The notes below the pieces were generated by a model that did not search any database, had not been told where the DNA came from, and saw nothing but the letters and a program-made list of their open reading frames with translations. Positions 43,675-50,857 of a stretch of 50,857 nt of DNA are shown one piece after another. The first letter of the stretch is position 1, and every line of letters begins with the position of its first letter. The stretch lies in assembly GCA_045637265.1 (NCBI GenBank), contig JAZTZC010000130.1, positions 1 to 50,857 of the forward strand. Direction: 5' to 3'. Source of the DNA: Eubacteriales bacterium. GTDB taxonomy: Bacteria; Bacillota; Clostridia; Oscillospirales; CAG-272. The position numbers and the translations under genes were made by a program.

Positions 43675-44321
43675 AGCAAATCGGTTATGCACAGGTTATC
43701 CGCAGCTGCATTGGGATTATTTTACGCTCATACCGCTGTTTTCCATGGGTTTCAAACAACCTGTACACAGCCATCATTTCCTGATAAATCAGGATGTTCT
43801 TGGATTTTTATAGAATAAAAGCGCATTGTTTTCCACAAATTTATACACAACCTGTGGAAAATTCTTTTTCAACAATTCCGTGACACACAAAATTCTTTCA
43901 ACATATTTTCCGCATCCTAACAGCTGCATTGCCATGTTTTTCCCCATATTGTCAACACAAGGACATTTCCAAAATCAAGAAAAACAACTCATGTGCAAAA
44001 CCTGATTTTTCCAAACAGGTTTTCTCGCAGCAAAACACAGCTTTGCAATGCACCACAGATCAAAAAATCGCGTCATATCAGCACAAAATCGACTTTCCAC
44101 ATTTGCACAGCCCCCTACTGCGGCTGCTTCTGCGACATTCCCTTACTCTTATCTTATTCTTTCTGTTCGCTTACGCGAACGATTCCCTGATAGAACCTGC
44201 GGAATGTGCAAAACCCGAAGTTGTTTTCCGTGTTAAGAAAAAGCAAATTCCAGTCTTCAAACCAAGCAACCAAAACTTATCTAATCTGAATCTCTCACTA
44301 ATCTCAAAGGAGCATACGTTT
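43675..44321. other. oriC: putative oriC (DnaA-box cluster in the dnaA-dnaN spacer)
   Basis: 647-bp non-coding spacer. 8/9 matches to TTATCCACA: TTATGCACA 43685..43693, TTATCCGCA 43696..43704, TTTTCCACA 43829..43837, TTATACACA 43841..43849, and TGTGGAAAA 43853..43861 (reverse orientation). Weaker boxes at 43906..43914 and 44093..44101. An AT-rich stretch, GGATTTTTATAGAATAAAAG, is at about 43801..43820. Confidence 0.7.
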
Positions 44322-45518
44322 ATGATCGTCACATTTGATAAAGATATTCTGAGCGCAGCCGTTACGCCTGCCATGTCGGCTGTATCCAACAAAAACACCA
44401 TCACCTCGATCGAAGGTATCTGCATCACCGCAGAAGCAGACGGTACGTGTATTCTCAATTCCTTTGACCTTGAAAAAGGTATCCGCTGTACACTTACCGG
44501 ACGCGTTGAAGAACCCGGTTCTTATATCATCAACGGACAGAAGCTGAATCAGATCATTCGCTCCATGCCGGAGGATATCCGCATTGAAGTCGGTGACAAC
44601 ATGCGCGCAAGAATCACCAGCGGCAAGAGTGAATTTACCATCAACGCAATGCCCGGTGACGAATTTCCGAACACGCCGTCTCTGGACGGTGACTGGGGCT
44701 TTACCATGCCGCAGTGTGAACTCCGCGACGCCATGACAAAGACACTGTATGCGGTTGCTGTCAATGAACCCAGACCTGCGCTCAACGGCATCTTCTTCAA
44801 GATCCGCGATAACCGACTGACCCTTGTATCCTCCGACTCGTTCCGCCTTGCTGTCTGCGAAAAGGAAATGAAGTTTGAAAACAACATCGGCGAGGATGCA
44901 CTGGATATTGCGATCATCGTTCCCGGCAAGACCGCCTCTGAACTGCTCAAGATGCTGCATGACGACACCTCCCCTGTTTCCATCCGCGCAACAGGCAAGC
45001 ACATCATGTTTACGATGGACAACATCTGCTTCTTCTCCCGTCTGATCGATGCGGAATATGTCAATTACGAAAAGTTCATTCCCAAATCTCCCGCAACCTA
45101 TGCGTCCCTCCCTTGTGACGCGCTGCGCGAATCTCTGGAAAGAGCTTCGCTTGTGACCGAGGAAAAAGGCGCCGGTCAGACAAAGAGCTCCGTCAAGTTC
45201 ACGTTTGAAGATCAGGTGCTTCGTGTTTCTGCCGTTTCCGTCAACGGTACGGTCAACGATGAGATTCCGGTAAAGAAAACGGGTCCCGATCTGAAAATCG
45301 GCTTTAACTGCCGTTATCTGCTCGATGCACTGCGCGCCTGCGATACCGAATATATCAAGCTCGCCCTTGTCAGCCCGCTGGTTTCCATGGTCATCACCGC
45401 GGATGAAGATATGCTGACCGAGGATGAAATCGCAGCTTTTGAAAAAAAGAAAGAGAATACAGGTCTTCTCTCTGAAAAGTATACGCATCTGGCGGTTCCC
45501 TGCCACCTCAGAGAGTGA
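44322..45518 (+). CDS. dnaN: DNA polymerase III beta sliding clamp
   Basis: The track ORF starts at 43929. An AAAGGAG RBS (44306..44312) precedes ATG 44322: MIVTFDKDILSAAVTPAMSAVSNKNTITSIEGI. 398 aa. Canonical position after dnaA. Confidence 0.9.
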   Translation: MIVTFDKDILSAAVTPAMSAVSNKNTITSIEGICITAEADGTCILNSFDLEKGIRCTLTGRVEEPGSYIINGQKLNQIIRSMPEDIRIEVGDNMRARITSGKSEFTINAMPGDEFPNTPSLDGDWGFTMPQCELRDAMTKTLYAVAVNEPRPALNGIFFKIRDNRLTLVSSDSFRLAVCEKEMKFENNIGEDALDIAIIVPGKTASELLKMLHDDTSPVSIRATGKHIMFTMDNICFFSRLIDAEYVNYEKFIPKSPATYASLPCDALRESLERASLVTEEKGAGQTKSSVKFTFEDQVLRVSAVSVNGTVNDEIPVKKTGPDLKIGFNCRYLLDALRACDTEYIKLALVSPLVSMVITADEDMLTEDEIAAFEKKKENTGLLSEKYTHLAVPCHLRE

Positions 45519-45547
45519 TCCGTATCAGCGAGTGATACAAAAGTTTC

Positions 45548-46693
45548 ATGAATGTCAATACCATCACATACCGCAATTTCCGTAATATTGAAGATGCGGC
45601 ACTGCAATTTACGCCCGGCGTCAATATCCTCTGGGGCAACAATGCCCAGGGCAAGACGAACGCGCTGGAAGGCATCTACTGCTTTGCCTGCGGGAAATCG
45701 TTCCGCGGGGTACATGACAGAGAGCTTCTGCGCTTCGGTGCGGAAACCGGCGGTCTGGACCTGCATTTTACCGATGAAAGAAGACAGCAGCATTTGAGTC
45801 TGCAGCTGTTCCGTTCCAAGAGCCGTCAGATGAAAAAAAACGGTGTGGCGATACGAAAGTCTGCAGACTTTGTCGGGACATTTCACGGCGTTCTGTTTTG
45901 TCCGGAGCATCTTGCCATGATCAAAGGCGCACCGGCTCTGCGCCGAGCGTTTCTGGATGCGGCAATCAGTCAGCTGAAACCTGCTTATCTTGCGGCACTG
46001 ACCGATTATGCGGCGGTGCTCAAGCAAAGAAACGCGCTGCTCAAACAGGAAGAACAGAGCGTGAGCGCCCGTATGCCGCTGCTCGACGTTCTGACCGCGC
46101 AGATGGCGGAGCTCAACACCCGTATTGTTCTGACCCGCATGAAGTATATCAGGCTTCTGGATACGTCTGTCAGCGGCTTTTTGGAGGATATGACACAGGG
46201 GCGTGAGCATGCGTCGCTTGCCTACCGCAGTGATGCGGATCCACAGATGCATAACGAGGACGGCGCGGCGATCTCGTCGGCGTTTTACGAAAAATGCATG
46301 TCCTACGCATCGCGCGAATTTGCGGCACAGACAACCCTTCACGGCTGTCATAAAGACGATATTCTGATCTCTCTTGACGGCAGAGAAGCAAGACTTTACG
46401 CAAGTCAGGGACAGGATCGCTCAATTACCCTTGCGATGAAGCTTGGGGAAGGAGAACTTTCCCGTGCGGCAACGGGAGAATATCCCGTATTCCTCTTTGA
46501 CGATGTTTTAAGCGAACTGGATTCGGGGCGTCAGCAGTATCTGATGCAGAGGCTCGGCGGACGGCAGGTTATCATGACCTCCTGCAATGAATCGCTGTTT
46601 GCCGGAATGGATGTCAATATGATCCATGTGGATGAGGGCTGCTATGAAATGGCTTGTCCGGTGAAAAATCCGTTTGCGGAGGAACAGGAATGA
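45548..46693 (+). CDS. recF: DNA replication/repair protein RecF
   Basis: 381 aa. Walker A GNNAQGKTNALEGI, ABC signature-like SQGQDRSITLAMKL, Walker B VFLFDDVLSELD. Confidence 0.9.
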   Translation: MNVNTITYRNFRNIEDAALQFTPGVNILWGNNAQGKTNALEGIYCFACGKSFRGVHDRELLRFGAETGGLDLHFTDERRQQHLSLQLFRSKSRQMKKNGVAIRKSADFVGTFHGVLFCPEHLAMIKGAPALRRAFLDAAISQLKPAYLAALTDYAAVLKQRNALLKQEEQSVSARMPLLDVLTAQMAELNTRIVLTRMKYIRLLDTSVSGFLEDMTQGREHASLAYRSDADPQMHNEDGAAISSAFYEKCMSYASREFAAQTTLHGCHKDDILISLDGREARLYASQGQDRSITLAMKLGEGELSRAATGEYPVFLFDDVLSELDSGRQQYLMQRLGGRQVIMTSCNESLFAGMDVNMIHVDEGCYEMACPVKNPFAEEQE

Positions 46694-47049
46694 AAAAAAA
46701 ATTCCCCGTTTTCCCGATCGCAGAGGAAGAAGAGAGCAGATGGAAACGGCTTTCGCTCGGCAGTGGTGTTTCCGTGCCAAAGGAAGATATCCTCGGCATC
46801 TTTGATATGGATACCGCAACGGTATCTCCCGTTACGAAAAAATTTCTGAATACAGCCCAGAAAAACGGCTGTGTCAGTGTTGTCGGCGAGGAATTGCCGA
46901 AATCCTTTGTCGTTGTGGCTCCGAAGAACCGTCTTGTTCCCGGGGAACGCGGCAATGATGATAATAAAAATAATCCTACAACCGGGACATTGGTTGCGCT
47001 GTCCCAGTTTACGCCGTCTACGCTTTGCGGACGCGGCGACAGTCTGTAA
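46690..47049 (+). CDS. DUF370/RemB-like small protein
   Basis: ATG 46690 overlaps the recF stop (ATGA) and follows GGAGGA. 119 aa. It occupies the recF-gyrB slot that remB/yaaB (DUF370) fills in Firmicutes. Sequence resemblance is only loose (ILGIFDMDTATVSPVTKKFLNTAQKNG). Confidence 0.5.
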   Translation: MKKKFPVFPIAEEEESRWKRLSLGSGVSVPKEDILGIFDMDTATVSPVTKKFLNTAQKNGCVSVVGEELPKSFVVVAPKNRLVPGERGNDDNKNNPTTGTLVALSQFTPSTLCGRGDSL

Positions 47050-47082
47050 TATCGCGCAAACAAGCAAATTAGAAAAGGATAG

Positions 47083-49014
<1,932 letters not shown>

Positions 49015-49034
49015 CGGATACAGGTGGACAGCAG

Positions 49035-50012
49035 ATGAAAATTGCAACGCTGACCCTCAATCCGTGTATTGATAAAACACTGTATTTCGGCGGCGCATTC
49101 AAAGTGGATGCGCTCAACCGTGCCGCTTATGCTATGACCAATGCGGGCGGTAAAGGCATTAACGTCGCGCGCATTTACAGAAGACTCGGCATCCGTGCCG
49201 CGGCTTACGGATTTTCCGGTGGTGCGGTAGGACAGATGCTCGGCACACTCCTTGCAGAGGAAGACATCACCCCGGTATTTACGCCGACCTCATGCGATAC
49301 CCGTATGTGCATCAAGCTTATCGATGCAGACGGTGTCTGTACCGAGGCAAACGAGGCCGGCGGTCCGATCCTTGCATCCGAATATGCTGCATTAAAAAAA
49401 CAGCTTGCCGCGTTTGCAGACGAATGCAGACGGGACGGTGAGGATGGCATCCTCTTTGCCGGCGGCAGTGTTCCTGCAGGACTTGACCGCGGCATTTACC
49501 GTGAGATCATCTCCATGTTCCGCACAAGCTGTGTCCGCTTCATTCTCGATGCGGACGGTGAGGCACTAAAGACGGGACTGGAGGGCTCACCATGGCTCGT
49601 CAAGCCAAATATTCATGAGCTTTCGGCATTGATCGGTTATGAAATCACCGGACGCGATGCAAAGGAAAAGGCGATTGCCGCCGCTAAGGCATCCCGCCGT
49701 ATTCTGGCGCAGTACGGTACGAATGTGCTGTGTACGCTCGGCGGCGACGGTGCGGTCTATACAGGAGAAGACGGTGTGTTCTTCGTCAATGCGCCGCATG
49801 TGACGATGAAGGGCTTTACAGGGGCGGGAGATACGTTCCTTGCCTCCTTCATGTTCGCATATGAAAAGAACGGACACGATGCGGAAACTGCGCTGTGTTT
49901 TGCGTCGTCGGCAGCTGCGGCAAAGGTCGAGCTTGCGGGAACGCAGATGCCCGACAAAAACGGTATGATGCGGTTTATCTCTCACGTGCATGCCGAAAAA
50001 CTTGATATTTAA
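49035..50012 (+). CDS. PfkB-family hexose-phosphate kinase (1-phosphofructokinase / tagatose-6-phosphate kinase type)
   Basis: 325 aa. [19 protein letters not shown]-terminus, [11 protein letters not shown]-terminal [13 protein letters not shown]-binding motif. Confidence 0.8.
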   Translation: MKIATLTLNPCIDKTLYFGGAFKVDALNRAAYAMTNAGGKGINVARIYRRLGIRAAAYGFSGGAVGQMLGTLLAEEDITPVFTPTSCDTRMCIKLIDADGVCTEANEAGGPILASEYAALKKQLAAFADECRRDGEDGILFAGGSVPAGLDRGIYREIISMFRTSCVRFILDADGEALKTGLEGSPWLVKPNIHELSALIGYEITGRDAKEKAIAAAKASRRILAQYGTNVLCTLGGDGAVYTGEDGVFFVNAPHVTMKGFTGAGDTFLASFMFAYEKNGHDAETALCFASSAAAAKVELAGTQMPDKNGMMRFISHVHAEKLDI

Positions 50013-50041
50013 CGAAGATTACGGGAAAAGGAAAACATAAA

Positions 50042-50857
50042 ATGGCAAAAAAATCAAAACCCGAATTGTCCAAGGAAATCGTTTTTGAAAATCAGAAGAT
50101 CTTACCCATCCGCATGGATACCGAGGTCAAGAAATCGTTCATCGAATACTCGATGAGCGTTATCGTCGCGCGTGCATTGCCTGACGTCAGAGACGGCCTG
50201 AAGCCCGTTCACAGACGTATTCTGTATGCCATGTACGAAGATCATCTGACCTCCGATAAGCCCTTCCGTAAGTCGGCGACGACCGTCGGTAATGTGCTTG
50301 GTCGGTATCATCCGCACGGTGATACTGCGGTTTACGATACAATGGTCCGTATGGCACAGGACTTCTCGATGCGTTATCCGCTGATCGAGGGTCACGGTAA
50401 CTTCGGTAACGTCGACGGTGACGGTGCGGCTGCATACCGTTATACCGAAGCGAGAATGGCGAAGATCTCCAATGAGATGCTGGAAAACATCGAAAAGGAT
50501 GTCGTTCCGTTCTCCCCGAACTTCGACAACAAGATGAAGGAACCCGATGTCCTGCCCGCGCGTTTCCCGAACCTTCTGGTCAACGGCTCGGTCGGTATTG
50601 CCGTCGGTATGGCAACCAATATCCCGCCGCATAACCTCGGTGAGGTCATCGACGGTACGATTTGCTACATGGAAAACCCCGATGCAACTGTTGCCGATAT
50701 CATGCAGTATATCAAGGGTCCCGACTTCCCGACCTACGCGACCATTTACGGTACACAGGGCATGCTGCAGGCGTATACGACCGGTAAGGGTCATGTCATG
50801 GTGCGCTCCAAGGCGGAAATTGATGAGGAGCTTCACCGCATCATGATCACGGAGATT
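50042..50857 (+). CDS. gyrA: DNA gyrase subunit A (5' partial, runs off window end)
   Basis: Absent from the ORF track because there is no stop in the window. Hand translation from ATG 50042: [64 protein letters not shown] ... [10 protein letters not shown] (active-site Tyr context). Open for 272 codons to the window end. Confidence 0.93.
   Translation, partial: MAKKSKPELSKEIVFENQKILPIRMDTEVKKSFIEYSMSVIVARALPDVRDGLKPVHRRILYAMYEDHLTSDKPFRKSATTVGNVLGRYHPHGDTAVYDTMVRMAQDFSMRYPLIEGHGNFGNVDGDGAAAYRYTEARMAKISNEMLENIEKDVVPFSPNFDNKMKEPDVLPARFPNLLVNGSVGIAVGMATNIPPHNLGEVIDGTICYMENPDATVADIMQYIKGPDFPTYATIYGTQGMLQAYTTGKGHVMVRSKAEIDEELHRIMITEI

Noticed and set aside
44165-44180. Perfect palindrome GTTCGC-TTAC-GCGAAC in the dnaA-dnaN spacer, considered as an SOS box.
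   Set aside because: The arms are in the opposite arrangement (GTTC...GAAC) to the LexA operator GAAC-N4-GTTC. It may bind something else, but I have no basis for a call.

Overview
This window looks like the chromosomal replication-origin neighbourhood of a Firmicutes/Clostridia-type bacterium. The taxon is an inference from gene content (spoVG, an LCP protein, GAAC-N4-GTTT SOS boxes, Bacillus-type parS, strong AGGAGG ribosome-binding sites). G+C is roughly half by eye and was not computed.

Genes, left to right:
- Cell-envelope and housekeeping genes: LCP protein, DUF1385-prmC, ddl-murI.
- A secreted propeller-like surface protein and an acyl-ACP thioesterase.
- A stand-alone glycyl radical enzyme on the minus strand.
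- A large secreted lipoprotein with a glycoside-hydrolase-like core.
- A PadR/DUF2812 pair, a membrane zinc-ribbon protein, an RlmI-like methyltransferase and a small lipoprotein.
- A minus-strand MoxR / DUF58 / giant transglutaminase operon, then spoVG.
- A long plus-strand block: murC, pyrR-pyrP behind a PyrR attenuator, lepA, hemW, rsmG, a ParB paralog, parA, parB, serS, two membrane proteins, an IS3-family insertion sequence and lexA.
- The origin core: dnaA, a 647-bp spacer rich in DnaA boxes, dnaN, recF, a DUF370/remB-like gene, gyrB, a pfkB-family sugar kinase and the 5' part of gyrA.

Non-coding features:
- Three exact 16-bp parS sites plus several degenerate ones lie 9-18 kb left of the putative oriC.
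- Many near-consensus TTGACA-17-TATAAT promoters and hairpin/T-tract terminators can be read directly.
- I found no rRNA, tRNA or CRISPR array.
- The numerous long ORFs antisense to recognisable genes are shadow ORFs.

I do not see a clear-cut new defence-type system. The best candidates for under-described biology are:
- the MoxR-DUF58-transglutaminase operon;
- the orphan short glycyl radical enzyme;
- a ParB paralog preceded by a chimeric parS/NBS-like site;
- the unusual arrangement in which about 19 kb of origin-proximal genes point toward oriC.

All coordinates for starts, hairpins and motifs were derived by hand from the printed sequence. No database search was possible.
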